Shown here in pieces: positions 27,822 to 37,779 of a stretch of DNA of 64,000 nucleotides. Position 1 is the stretch's first letter; each line of letters opens with the position of its first letter. Under the pieces are notes generated by a model. It was given only the letters and a program-made list of their open reading frames with translations, was not told where the DNA came from and did not search any database. The position numbers and the translations under genes are program-made. Source of the DNA: a virus; IMG/VR virus record IMGVR_UViG_3300020420_000009, positions 65,719-129,718 of that record, one strand, 5' to 3'.

Positions 27822-30338
27822 ATGGATTTCTATACAAGTGTTTGTCGCACGAGAGACAAGATTCTCGTAAAAGGTTATAAAGGAAACAAACAAGAAAAGA
27901 TTGCAGTTTCCTATAGACCCAATCACTATATCCCCTCAAAGAAAGGAGAAACAGCATTCCGTTCATTGGACGGAAGACACCTTGAAGCAGTAAATCTAAA
28001 CTCCATGGGTGGTGCAAGAAAATTCAGAGAGAGATATGCTGGAGTTGACGGATTTGAAATCCATGGATATGACAGATATATCTACACATATATTGCAGAC
28101 AGATTCAAGGGTGATATAGAATACAATCAGAAACTAATCAAAACTGCTTCTCTTGATATCGAGTGTGAGTGTGAGGACGGATTCCCCGAACCTATACTTG
28201 CAAATGAAAAGGTCAATGCAATATCAATCAAACCCTTTGGTAAAGAAACTGTAGTCTTCGGTATCGGCCCATGGGAACATGACAGAACAGATGTAATCTA
28301 TCACAACTGTAAAAACGAACCACAACTTCTTATAGAATTTATCAAATACTGGAGAAAAGAATCCTTTGATATTATCACAGGCTGGAATGTAAACTCATTT
28401 GATATTACATATCTCTGTAATCGTATCGACAAGATACTTGGAGAAGACGAACACAAAAAACTATCACCATGGAATCAATCAGATGTTAGAGAATTTGTTG
28501 CTCAAGGTTATCAGAAACAAATGGTTTATAACCTTTATGGTATTAATGTTCTTGATTACCTCGAACTCTACCGCAAACATACTTTCGTAAATCAAGAATC
28601 ATACAGACTAGACCATATTGCAAATGTCGAACTCGGTAAAGGTAAACTCGACTATTCAGAGTATGGAAATCTACATACCCTTTACCGACAAGACTATGCA
28701 AAGTTCCTTGAATACAATGTTCAAGACGCTGTATTGGTAGAGGAACTAGAAGACAAACTTGGACTGATTGAGTTGGTTCAAGCAATGTCATACAATGCAA
28801 AATGTAATTACAATGATACATTTGGTATGGTAAAGTATTGGGAAACTATTATATACAACTTCCTCAAAGACCAAAATATTCAAACTCCACCTCAAAGACT
28901 CAAGACAGGTAATGATAAGAACAAACCTATCATAGGTGCATATGTCAAAGAACCATTGGTGGGTGGACACAACTGGGTTGTATCATTTGACTTGAACTCA
29001 CTGTATCCACATATCATTATGCAATACAATATCTCTCCCGAGAAAATGGTGAAGGGGTATAAAGAAGATGTATCTATTGATAAACTTCTAAACAAACAAT
29101 GTGACCTATCATATCTAAGACAACAGAACAATACCGTATGTCCTAACGGAACAAAGTTTACTAGAAACAAACAAGGTTTTCTTCCCGAACTTATGGAAAA
29201 ATTCTATGACGAAAGAAAAACTTGGAAGAAAAAAATGATTGAGTATCAAGTTGAACGAGAAGCGTGCAAAGATGCAAAACGCCGAAGACAACTTGATACT
29301 CTAATCAAGCGTGCATACAACAATCAAATGGTTCGTAAGATTGCATTGAACTCTGCATATGGTGCTCTTGCAAATCAATACTTTGCATTCTTTTCTATAG
29401 ACCTTGCAGAGGCAATCACTACCAGTGGTCAGTTAATTATTCAATGGTCAGAAAGAACTATCAATGAGTTTATGAACAAGACTCTTGGAACAGAGAATGA
29501 AGATTTTGTAATTGCAATGGATACTGATTCAGTGTATATCACTATGGATAAACTGGTTCAGAAAGTTCTTCCCGAAGAAACAGACAAGAGTAAAATTATA
29601 AACTTTCTCAACAAGTCCGAAGGTATGATTGAAAAAGTTCTTTCAGACGGATTTGACGACCTTGCAGAATATACAAATGCATATCAAAACAAAATGGAAA
29701 TGGGACGAGAGATTATTGCAGACCGTGGTATTTGGACTGCAAAGAAAAGATACATTCTAAATGTCCACGACAACGAAGGTGTAAGACTTGCAGAACCGAA
29801 ACTCAAGATGATGGGTATTGAAACTGCAAAGTCTTCTACACCACAATGGGTCAGAACAAAACTCACAGACGCTTTCAAGGTTGTTATGAGTGGAACTGAA
29901 CAAGACTTATGGGAGTTTGTGGAAAATGCACGAAAAGAGTTTCGTAATCTTCCTCCCGAAGAAGCTGCATTCCCTAGAGGTTGTAAGAATCTTGCACAGT
30001 ATTCAGACCCAACCCACATATATGGTAAAGGAACTCCTATCCATACTAGAGGTGCATTACTATACAATCACCACCTTGGTAAAAAGAATGTGGATATGAG
30101 ATACGAGAAGATTAAGAATGGTGAGAAGATACATTTTACATATCTTACAACACCAAATCCTATCAATGAAAATGTTATTTCATTTATGAATGTTTTACCT
30201 AGAGAGTTTGATTTACATAGGTTTGTAGATTATGACATGCAGTTTGACAAAGCATTTGTTGAACCATTGAAAGTGGTTGTTAATTTAATTAATTGGAATG
30301 TAGAACCAGTTGCAAGTTTAGATTCCTTTTTCGGATAA
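27822..30338 (+). CDS. gp43: Family B DNA polymerase
   Basis: Exo DIEC, GWN..FD, YN..D; polymerase SFDLNSLYP, KIALNSAYG, DTDS, KKRY. Confidence 0.97.
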   Translation: MDFYTSVCRTRDKILVKGYKGNKQEKIAVSYRPNHYIPSKKGETAFRSLDGRHLEAVNLNSMGGARKFRERYAGVDGFEIHGYDRYIYTYIADRFKGDIEYNQKLIKTASLDIECECEDGFPEPILANEKVNAISIKPFGKETVVFGIGPWEHDRTDVIYHNCKNEPQLLIEFIKYWRKESFDIITGWNVNSFDITYLCNRIDKILGEDEHKKLSPWNQSDVREFVAQGYQKQMVYNLYGINVLDYLELYRKHTFVNQESYRLDHIANVELGKGKLDYSEYGNLHTLYRQDYAKFLEYNVQDAVLVEELEDKLGLIELVQAMSYNAKCNYNDTFGMVKYWETIIYNFLKDQNIQTPPQRLKTGNDKNKPIIGAYVKEPLVGGHNWVVSFDLNSLYPHIIMQYNISPEKMVKGYKEDVSIDKLLNKQCDLSYLRQQNNTVCPNGTKFTRNKQGFLPELMEKFYDERKTWKKKMIEYQVEREACKDAKRRRQLDTLIKRAYNNQMVRKIALNSAYGALANQYFAFFSIDLAEAITTSGQLIIQWSERTINEFMNKTLGTENEDFVIAMDTDSVYITMDKLVQKVLPEETDKSKIINFLNKSEGMIEKVLSDGFDDLAEYTNAYQNKMEMGREIIADRGIWTAKKRYILNVHDNEGVRLAEPKLKMMGIETAKSSTPQWVRTKLTDAFKVVMSGTEQDLWEFVENARKEFRNLPPEEAAFPRGCKNLAQYSDPTHIYGKGTPIHTRGALLYNHHLGKKNVDMRYEKIKNGEKIHFTYLTTPNPINENVISFMNVLPREFDLHRFVDYDMQFDKAFVEPLKVVVNLINWNVEPVASLDSFFG

Positions 30339-30346
30339 ATAGAATT

Positions 30347-30769
30347 ATGGCATATAGTAAAAAAGTAGTTGACAGATTTGAGTCAGTATTAAATAACCCC
30401 GAGAAACATTCGGTTGGTCGATTCGACCCTAAAGACCCTAATGTTGCAACAGGTATGACAGGAGCTCCTGCCTGTGGTGATGTCATGAAATTACAATTGA
30501 AGTTAGACGAAGACGAAAGAATCATAGATGTTAAATTTAAAACATACGGTTGTGGTTCAGCGATAGCTTCTTCTACATTGTTTGTCGATATGTTAAAAGG
30601 CAAAACAATTGAAGAGGCAAAACTTGTAAAAGATAAAGAAATTGCAGAAGCGTTAGAACTTCCTCCAATCAAATTACATTGTTCAGTTCTTGCAGAAGAT
30701 TCTATCAAGAAAGCAATAGAAGATTGGGATAACAAGACGAGGCATAGAAAACACAACCAATATGTATAG
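30347..30769 (+). CDS. iscU: Fe-S cluster scaffold IscU
   Basis: GAPACGDVM, FKTYGCGSAIASS, LELPPIKLHCSVLAEDS; GATAAATA 5 nt before the ATG. Confidence 0.93.
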   Translation: MAYSKKVVDRFESVLNNPEKHSVGRFDPKDPNVATGMTGAPACGDVMKLQLKLDEDERIIDVKFKTYGCGSAIASSTLFVDMLKGKTIEEAKLVKDKEIAEALELPPIKLHCSVLAEDSIKKAIEDWDNKTRHRKHNQYV

Positions 30770-31175
30770 ATATAAAGTTTCATTAGTAAAAGTCGTAGAC
30801 GGCGACACAGTAGATGTAGATATCGATTTAGGTTTCGGTATGACTTACAAAAAACAAAGAGTCAGAATGTTAGGTATTGATACGCCAGAGAGCCGAACAA
30901 GAGATTTAGTAGAAAAGAAATTTGGAAAAGCTTCTAAAAAACATTTAAAAGGTATTTTAGAAAGTGGAGATATAGAATTAGTATCACATGATAAAGGAAA
31001 GTTCGGAAGAATATTAGGTGAACTTTTTATGGGTGGTTCTACTTTTTCTGTAAATCAACAAATGATAAATGAACACCATGCAGTCGCATACACAGGTGGG
31101 AATAAAGAAGAAATAGAAAAGGGTCACCTTGCAAATAGAGAGATTCTTTTAGAACAAGGTGTAGTAGAATTATGA
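30762..31175 (+). CDS. Staphylococcal nuclease (thermonuclease)-like protein
   Basis: VVDGDT, RVRMLGIDTPE, GKFGRILG. Confidence 0.88.
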   Translation: MYRYKVSLVKVVDGDTVDVDIDLGFGMTYKKQRVRMLGIDTPESRTRDLVEKKFGKASKKHLKGILESGDIELVSHDKGKFGRILGELFMGGSTFSVNQQMINEHHAVAYTGGNKEEIEKGHLANREILLEQGVVEL

Positions 31176-31339
31176 TAATATCGGGAATGGATATTTTTTA
31201 TATTTTAATGATAGCTGCAATCTTCGGTTTTATCATTCACCTAGAAGCACAAATGTCTGTAGTAAAAACCATGTTGCAAGAAATGGTTAAGTGCGAAGAA
31301 AAACTAAAAGAAATATCAAAATCAGAAAAAAGCCACTAG
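31172..31339 (+). CDS. 55-aa membrane protein (not in ORF track)
   Basis: ATGA-coupled ORF with one TM and a charged tail. Confidence 0.55.
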   Translation: MIISGMDIFYILMIAAIFGFIIHLEAQMSVVKTMLQEMVKCEEKLKEISKSEKSH

Positions 31340-31365
31340 ACATTTTACCCACTACATAGTATACT
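31337..31365 (+). promoter_or_regulatory. Sigma70-type promoter of uvsX
   Basis: TAGACA-17 nt-TATACT; GAGG RBS downstream. Confidence 0.65.
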
Positions 31366-31389
31366 GGATATACATTATGAGAGGTGAAT

Positions 31390-32442
31390 ATGTCATTTAT
31401 TAAAGACTTAGTAAAAGCATCGGGAAACGAATATGCAAATATTGTTTCAGACGGTGTAAGTGCTGGAGATGTTGACTCATTCGTAGATACGGGTAGTTAT
31501 GTCTTCAATGCATTATTAAGTGGTTCACTACACGGTGGACTACCTAAAAACAAAATCACTGCAATCGCAGGAGAATCAGCAACAGGTAAAACTTATTTTG
31601 CACTTGGAATGTGTAAACAATTCCTTGACGATAATCCTGACGCTGCAGTAATATACTTCGAATCTGAATCTGCAATCAGTAAAGATATGATTGAGGATAG
31701 AGGAATCGATTCAAACAGAATGATTATCGTGCCTGTGGTGACCGTTCAAGAATTCAGAAATCAGGCAATCAACATACTTGACAAGTATCTTGAAACACCC
31801 GAGGACAAGAGACCGCCTATGGCAATGTGTCTTGATTCACTCGGTATGTTATCAACTACAAAAGAAATTGAGGATACTGCTGAGGGTAAAGAGACCCGAG
31901 ACATGACTCGAGCTCAAGTTGTTAAAGGTGCATTTAGAGTATTGACTCTAAAACTTGGAAGGGCTGGTGTCCCTATGATTGTGACTAACCACACATATGA
32001 TGTGATTGGTTCTATGTTCCCTCAGAAAGAAATGGGTGGTGGAAGTGGTTTGAAATATGCAGCCTCTTCAATTATCTATCTTTCAAAGAAGAAAGAAAAA
32101 GAAGGAACAGAAGTTGTAGGTAATATTATACATTGCAAGAATGCAAAATCAAGACTTACTGTTGAAAACAGAATGGTAGATGTTAGACTAAATTATGAAA
32201 CTGGTCTAGATAGATACTATGGTCTTCTTGACCTTGCACTTGCAAGTGGGATATTCAAGAAGTCCTCAACAAGAATTGAATTACCAAATGGTAAAACAGA
32301 ATTTGGTAAAACCATTAACAATAACCCCGAAAAATACTTTACCGATGAAGTAATGGAAAGATTGGAAAAAGTAGTAGTAGAATATTTTAAGTATGGAAAC
32401 ACGAATAGAACAGACGATACTCAAGAATCTGATACAGAATGA
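31390..32442 (+). CDS. uvsX: RecA-like recombinase
   Basis: [31 protein letters not shown]. Confidence 0.95.
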   Translation: MSFIKDLVKASGNEYANIVSDGVSAGDVDSFVDTGSYVFNALLSGSLHGGLPKNKITAIAGESATGKTYFALGMCKQFLDDNPDAAVIYFESESAISKDMIEDRGIDSNRMIIVPVVTVQEFRNQAINILDKYLETPEDKRPPMAMCLDSLGMLSTTKEIEDTAEGKETRDMTRAQVVKGAFRVLTLKLGRAGVPMIVTNHTYDVIGSMFPQKEMGGGSGLKYAASSIIYLSKKKEKEGTEVVGNIIHCKNAKSRLTVENRMVDVRLNYETGLDRYYGLLDLALASGIFKKSSTRIELPNGKTEFGKTINNNPEKYFTDEVMERLEKVVVEYFKYGNTNRTDDTQESDTE

Positions 32443-33772
32443 ACAGTTTACACGGAAGTGTATTCCTTTTCTGAAGCCAGAGTATTTCACTGATACAACT
32501 GAAAGAACTGTGTATGAAGAAATTCATGCATACTTTCAGAAGTATACAAAACCACCAACGAAAGAAGCACTTCTCATAAATCTTGACAACTCAACCTCAA
32601 TCAATGAGAATGTTGTTAAAGATGCAAAAACTATCGTTGGAAAGTTTGAGAGTGAAGACACTCCTCAAGATTGGTTAGTAGACGAGACAGAATCATGGTG
32701 CAAAGATAGAGCAATCTATATTGCAGTAATGGATTCTATCGAAGTGATTGATAAGAAATCACAAAGGTCTACAGGTGAAATACCTGAGCTTCTAAAAGAT
32801 GCACTTTCCGTGTCCTTTGATACACACATTGGACACGACCAGTTGGAAGATTCAGATGATAGATTTGAATTCTATCACACGGAAGAAGAGAAGATTCCGT
32901 TTGACCTAGAATACTTCAACAAGATTACCAAGGGTGGTTTACCAAACAAGACTTTGAATATTGTTCTTGCTGGAACTGGTGTTGGTAAATCATTGTTTAT
33001 GTGTCACCAAGCTGCAAGTTGTCTTATGATGAACAAGAATGTTTTATACATTACTTTGGAAATGTCAGAAGAAAGGATTGCAGAAAGGATAGATGCAAAT
33101 ATCATGAATGTTCCTATGAAAGAGATTCCCGAACTAACAAAGAAAATGTATGATAAGAAGGTTGATAAACTCAAGAACAAAACAAAAGGTAAACTTATTA
33201 TCAAAGAGTATCCAACTGCAGCTGCTCATGTTGGACATTTCAGACATTTACTACAGGAGTTGGATATCAAGAAAGATTTTCAACCCGATATTATCTTTAT
33301 TGATTATCTAAACATATGTGCAAGTCATAGAATCAGACCAGGCTCAGGTGCAAACTCTTACACTCTAGTCAAGAGTATTGCAGAAGAACTTCGTGGTCTT
33401 GCAGTTGAACATGATGTTCCTATGGTTTCTGCAACTCAAACAACTAGAAGTGGATACGGTTCTACAGATATTGGACTCGAAGATACTTCCGAATCATTTG
33501 GACTTCCAGCCACAGCTGACTTAATGTTTGCATTGATTACCAGTGACGAATTAGAAGACCTTGACCAGTTAGTTGTAAAACAGTTGAAGAATCGATACAA
33601 TGACCCTACAATATTCAAGAGATTTGTAATTGGTGTAGATAGAAGTCGTATGAAACTGTATGATTGTGAACAAGAAGCACAGGAAGAACTGATAGATAAT
33701 GCAGAAAATCTTATATCAGACGATGTTCCAGTTGCAGATAGAGGTAGAGACTACTCAGATTTTAAAATATAG
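32393..33772 (+). CDS. gp41: Replicative helicase
   Basis: [35 protein letters not shown]. Confidence 0.96.
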   Translation: METRIEQTILKNLIQNEQFTRKCIPFLKPEYFTDTTERTVYEEIHAYFQKYTKPPTKEALLINLDNSTSINENVVKDAKTIVGKFESEDTPQDWLVDETESWCKDRAIYIAVMDSIEVIDKKSQRSTGEIPELLKDALSVSFDTHIGHDQLEDSDDRFEFYHTEEEKIPFDLEYFNKITKGGLPNKTLNIVLAGTGVGKSLFMCHQAASCLMMNKNVLYITLEMSEERIAERIDANIMNVPMKEIPELTKKMYDKKVDKLKNKTKGKLIIKEYPTAAAHVGHFRHLLQELDIKKDFQPDIIFIDYLNICASHRIRPGSGANSYTLVKSIAEELRGLAVEHDVPMVSATQTTRSGYGSTDIGLEDTSESFGLPATADLMFALITSDELEDLDQLVVKQLKNRYNDPTIFKRFVIGVDRSRMKLYDCEQEAQEELIDNAENLISDDVPVADRGRDYSDFKI

Positions 33773-33774
33773 CC

Positions 33775-33804
33775 TTGACAATGGGCCCGATTATTTCGTA
33801 TAAT
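33775..33804 (+). promoter_or_regulatory. Sigma70 promoter
   Basis: TTGACA-18 nt-TATAAT; ATG at 33811. Confidence 0.82.
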
Positions 33805-33810
33805 ATAAGT

Positions 33811-34257
33811 ATGAAAAAACAAACAATAATCTTCGATGTTGACGGAACTATTGCAGATGTAGAGCATCGAAGACATTTTGTAAATGACGGTAATAAAGAC
33901 TGGGATTCATTCAGAGCAGAGACTAGGTTTGATACTCCAGTTCAATGGGTATGTGACATTGCAAAAAGACATATTGCAAACGGTGACGAAGTTGCATTCT
34001 TCTCTGCAAGAAACGAATCAGAAAGAGAAATTACTGAATTACAAATCAAAAAATGGATTGGTGAAGGTCATAAAGGAGTTTTTCTTAGACCAAATGGTGA
34101 TTACAGATGTGACGCAGAATTCAAATCTGAATTAGCTGACAAATTTGAAGAAATTGGTGGTAAAATCGACCTTGTATTTGACGACAGAAATAAAGTTGTT
34201 GATATGTGGAGACAAAGAGGAACCAGTGTTGTTCAAGTTGCAGACGGAGACTTTTAG
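33811..34257 (+). CDS. HAD phosphatase resembling the 3'-phosphatase domain of T4 Pnkp
   Basis: FDVDGTIA, SAR, D...K, FDDR..VVDMWR, QVA.GDF; no kinase domain. Confidence 0.8.
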   Translation: MKKQTIIFDVDGTIADVEHRRHFVNDGNKDWDSFRAETRFDTPVQWVCDIAKRHIANGDEVAFFSARNESEREITELQIKKWIGEGHKGVFLRPNGDYRCDAEFKSELADKFEEIGGKIDLVFDDRNKVVDMWRQRGTSVVQVADGDF

Positions 34258-34427
34258 TGAGAACTTTAATAACCATATGGTTGATTGTATTTTCTAGTGG
34301 ATTGTTAGTTTTATTGACTTCATGTGCAAGTCAAGAACATTTTTATCAAGAACCTATAGAAGTTCTTGAAGAATGTGAAACTCTCAATCCCGAAGAAGAT
34401 TATAAAGACTGTATTATGGTTGCATAA
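34257..34427 (+). CDS. Small putative lipoprotein
   Basis: Coupled GTG start; hydrophobic stretch with LTSC lipobox. Confidence 0.5.
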   Translation: MRTLITIWLIVFSSGLLVLLTSCASQEHFYQEPIEVLEECETLNPEEDYKDCIMVA

Positions 34428-34439
34428 ATACTTATTATT

Positions 34440-34616
34440 ATGACTAAAACATTGAAACCTTCGACAGTTATTGACACAATAAGTCTTAAAATAGAACTTA
34501 AGAAGCAACTTCGTGAGTTCAAAAGACAAGGTGAATCTAAAAAAGCACAAATCGTGCAACTCAAAATAGACCAGTTAGAGGATAAACTTCATTCCTCACC
34601 CCTTTCAAAAATATAA
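34440..34616 (+). CDS. 58-aa basic protein (not in ORF track)
   Basis: CATAAATA late-type motif upstream; MTKTLKPSTVIDTISLKIELKKQLREF... Confidence 0.6.
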   Translation: MTKTLKPSTVIDTISLKIELKKQLREFKRQGESKKAQIVQLKIDQLEDKLHSSPLSKI

Positions 34617-34646
34617 ATAGTTCATATAACTCAAAAGGGAGAAAAT

Positions 34647-35072
34647 ATGGGCGCACATTCAGACCGTATAGCACAATTAGATACTTTAATCTCACAGGTG
34701 CAAAAACAAGTAGATTGGATACAGGGAAACTCTAATACATGGGAAATGTATTATGGAGACCCACTTTCATTACAGGAATCATTTACAGGTAATGGTGCAG
34801 ACGCTTTTTTAACTCAATGGAGAACCAGTAATCCAAGTGCAAGTTCAAGTTCTACAGGATATGAACTAGAGATTTACAACATGTGGAAAGATTGGTCAGA
34901 CAATGGGTCTGATATGGCTGCACAAAATAGTTCCGATTTGACTACATTGCAATCTGATATCACTAATTTTAATACTGAAAAGTCAAATGTCCAAGCAAAA
35001 ATTGACGCAGGATATACAGGTGACGAGACAGTTGAAGAGGCACAAGCAATAGCAGAAGCTGCAGGCTCATAA
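34647..35072 (+). CDS. Late hypothetical protein
   Basis: TATAAATA at 34612-34619; GGGAG RBS. Confidence 0.7.
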   Translation: MGAHSDRIAQLDTLISQVQKQVDWIQGNSNTWEMYYGDPLSLQESFTGNGADAFLTQWRTSNPSASSSSTGYELEIYNMWKDWSDNGSDMAAQNSSDLTTLQSDITNFNTEKSNVQAKIDAGYTGDETVEEAQAIAEAAGS

Positions 35073-35086
35073 TTAGAGAATAAATT

Positions 35087-36289
35087 ATGGCTGCAAAGAA
35101 TCTACATCTAGAACACATAGAGGACGAAATCATCAATCAAGGTATCGATGGTGGTCGTGGTGCAATAAACTTTTTACAAGGTCTTCGTGATATGTTAAAA
35201 GGTAATGCAACCTCGGGTGTAAATATGACAGTAAAATGGGACGGAGCTCCAGCTATCTTTTGTGGTAAACACCCCGAAACAGGTCAATTCTTTGTTGCAA
35301 AAAAATCTTTATTTAACAAAACACCTTTGTTCTATACCTCAGAACAAGAAATCAAAGATGCAACTGAACTCTCAGGAACTTTAAAAAATAAGTTCCTACA
35401 TTCATTCAAATATCTATCTAAATTATCTTGGGACACAGTCATGCAAGGTGATTTAATGTATACAGACGATACAAAAATGACAAAAATAGGTGGTGAATCT
35501 TTTATAACATTTCAACCAAATACAATTTTATATGCAGTCCAAACAGATTCGGACTTAGGAAAAGAAATTGCAAGGTCTAAAATGGGTATCGTTTTTCATA
35601 CCACATATACAGGTGCAGATATAGATAGTTTATCTGCAAGTTTTGGTGCAAACATAAAAAAATTAGGATACAATTCAGATGTATGGGTTGACGATGCAAG
35701 TTATAAAGATGTAAGTGGTAAAGGTTCTATGACTGCAAAAGAAACTGTTGCATTAACTGGTGTTTTATCAAAGACAGGTAAAGCATTCCATGGAATCAAA
35801 AGAAAAGACTTAAATAAATTCATGGAATTACAAACTGCAATCGGTTCTAAAGGAGCTGGTGCAAGTTATAAAACATATTGTAATGCACTCATAAGGTCAG
35901 GAAAGTATAATCCTTCGTATATTGATTATATGGAATACTTCGAAACATACTGGGAAGACAAAGTTGTGGGTAAAGTAAAAACAGAGAAGACCAAACAAAT
36001 CAAAAGAGAGATTGGTGAACAGATTTATAATGAAATGAGGTCTCTAAAAAAACTAATAGAAAATCTAACCAAATTCATGGGACATTTAGTAGAGGCTAAA
36101 CAAATGGTGATAAATGTCCTAAATAGAGTAAAGAGTATTGGAACATTTAAAAAGACTTCAAACGGATTCGAAGCAGTGAACCCCGAAGGTTATGTTGCAA
36201 TCGATAAAACAGGAAGTGCAGTTAAACTCGTAGATAGAATGGAGTTTGCATTTAATAACTTTACTGCACAAAAAAACTGGGACAAATAA
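35087..36289 (+). CDS. Ligase/nucleotidyltransferase-fold protein (DUF6267-like)
   Basis: TVKWDG (motif I KxDG), QGDLM, EGYV, VKLVDR; N-terminal HLEHIED. Confidence 0.65.
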   Translation: MAAKNLHLEHIEDEIINQGIDGGRGAINFLQGLRDMLKGNATSGVNMTVKWDGAPAIFCGKHPETGQFFVAKKSLFNKTPLFYTSEQEIKDATELSGTLKNKFLHSFKYLSKLSWDTVMQGDLMYTDDTKMTKIGGESFITFQPNTILYAVQTDSDLGKEIARSKMGIVFHTTYTGADIDSLSASFGANIKKLGYNSDVWVDDASYKDVSGKGSMTAKETVALTGVLSKTGKAFHGIKRKDLNKFMELQTAIGSKGAGASYKTYCNALIRSGKYNPSYIDYMEYFETYWEDKVVGKVKTEKTKQIKREIGEQIYNEMRSLKKLIENLTKFMGHLVEAKQMVINVLNRVKSIGTFKKTSNGFEAVNPEGYVAIDKTGSAVKLVDRMEFAFNNFTAQKNWDK

Positions 36290-36495
36290 TGAAATCATTC
36301 AAACAATTTTTAAAAGAAAACTACCCACCTTTTGCAATTCCTGATTACCCTATGCAAAAGGACAATGTAAAATATATAGACGGTGACTGGGCAATAGGGG
36401 AAGAGGATAAAGCTTATGTCTACGATACAAGTAAAAGTGGCGAGGAAAATCTCAAAGATATGGGAGACCTCGTTAAAAAGGACAGGGGAGAATGA
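36289..36495 (+). CDS. Small putative internal head protein
   Basis: MKSFKQFLKE capsid-targeting-like start. Confidence 0.6.
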   Translation: MKSFKQFLKENYPPFAIPDYPMQKDNVKYIDGDWAIGEEDKAYVYDTSKSGEENLKDMGDLVKKDRGE

Positions 36496-37775
36496 AAACA
36501 CTACAAGGGTTCATAACAGAAAAAAAAGACAAAAGTGTGACTTTTTCTTTTGGTAGATTCAATCCACCTACAACAGGTCATGCATTATTAGTTAAAAAAC
36601 TAAAACAGTTAGGGTCAGGAACAGACCTTATGATTTTTTCCTCCCATTCTAATGACAAAAGAAAGAACCCATTATCACATAGAGACAAAGTAAAATTCCT
36701 TCGTAAGTTTTTTGGAAGGATTATTGTAGATGCAAATGTCAGAACTGTATTTGAGATTGCAAACGAATTACACAAACAAGGTTATACAATTGTTAATATG
36801 GTTGTAGGTTCTGATAGAGTTAAAGAATTTGAAGATTTATTGACAAAATATAATGGAGTCAAAGCAAGACACGGATATTATAAATTCAAAGAAATCAATA
36901 TTGTTTCAGCTGGAGAGCGTGACCCTGATGCAGATGATGTATCAGGAATGTCTGCAAGTAAAATGAGACAGTATGCAGAAGACGGAAACTATGAAGAGTT
37001 TGCAAAGGGTGTCCCTTCGTCTAATAGTGGTGCAAAAAAACAGTTATATAAGGCAGTCAGAAAAGGAATGGGTATTGCAGAAGGAACACTCCCACATTAT
37101 ATGATGGAAGATTTAATTACCGAAGGTGTCTATGACCCAGGCACCTTCAAAGCAGTATTCCTCATGGGAGGCCCAGGCAGTGGTAAATCTACAGTTGTAG
37201 ATAATTTAGGACTAAAAGCATTAGGTCTTAAGTTAGTCAATTCAGATAAAGCATTTGAAAGTGGATTAAAGAAAGCTGGATTATCTCTAGACTTAAGAAC
37301 ATTACCTGCTGATGTCAGAGACCCAATCCGTGATAAAGCAAAGAAAATTACAGGTAATCAATTAGACCGATACATAGGTGGAAGACTAGGTTTAGTATTT
37401 GATACAACTTCTGCAAAACTGAGTAAAATTCAAAACTATAAGAAAATGTTAGATTCATTAGGATATGAATATAAAATGGTTTATGTAAGAACAAGTCTAG
37501 ATAATGCACAAAAAAGAAATGAAATGAGACCAAGAAAACTCCCACCTCAAGTTGTTCAAAAAGACTGGGAAAAGGTTGAAAAGAATGCAAGTAAACTAAA
37601 ATCTATATTTAAGAAAGACTTTGTATCAGTATCAAATGACGATGACTTGAAGTCTTTAGAGAATAAAACAAGAGTTTTATTTTCAAAAATGATGTCGTGG
37701 GCAACCTCTTTTCCTAAAAACAAACTTGCTTTAGACTGGAAACAGAGTGAGTTAGATGCAAAACGAACTAAATAG
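36492..37775 (+). CDS. HIGH-family nucleotidyltransferase fused to a P-loop kinase
   Basis: FGRFNPPTTGH, VGSDR, MSASKMR; then GGPGSGKS, VNSD, LVFDTT, RN..R. Confidence 0.82.
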   Translation: MKTLQGFITEKKDKSVTFSFGRFNPPTTGHALLVKKLKQLGSGTDLMIFSSHSNDKRKNPLSHRDKVKFLRKFFGRIIVDANVRTVFEIANELHKQGYTIVNMVVGSDRVKEFEDLLTKYNGVKARHGYYKFKEINIVSAGERDPDADDVSGMSASKMRQYAEDGNYEEFAKGVPSSNSGAKKQLYKAVRKGMGIAEGTLPHYMMEDLITEGVYDPGTFKAVFLMGGPGSGKSTVVDNLGLKALGLKLVNSDKAFESGLKKAGLSLDLRTLPADVRDPIRDKAKKITGNQLDRYIGGRLGLVFDTTSAKLSKIQNYKKMLDSLGYEYKMVYVRTSLDNAQKRNEMRPRKLPPQVVQKDWEKVEKNASKLKSIFKKDFVSVSNDDDLKSLENKTRVLFSKMMSWATSFPKNKLALDWKQSELDAKRTK

Positions 37776-37779
37776 TATT

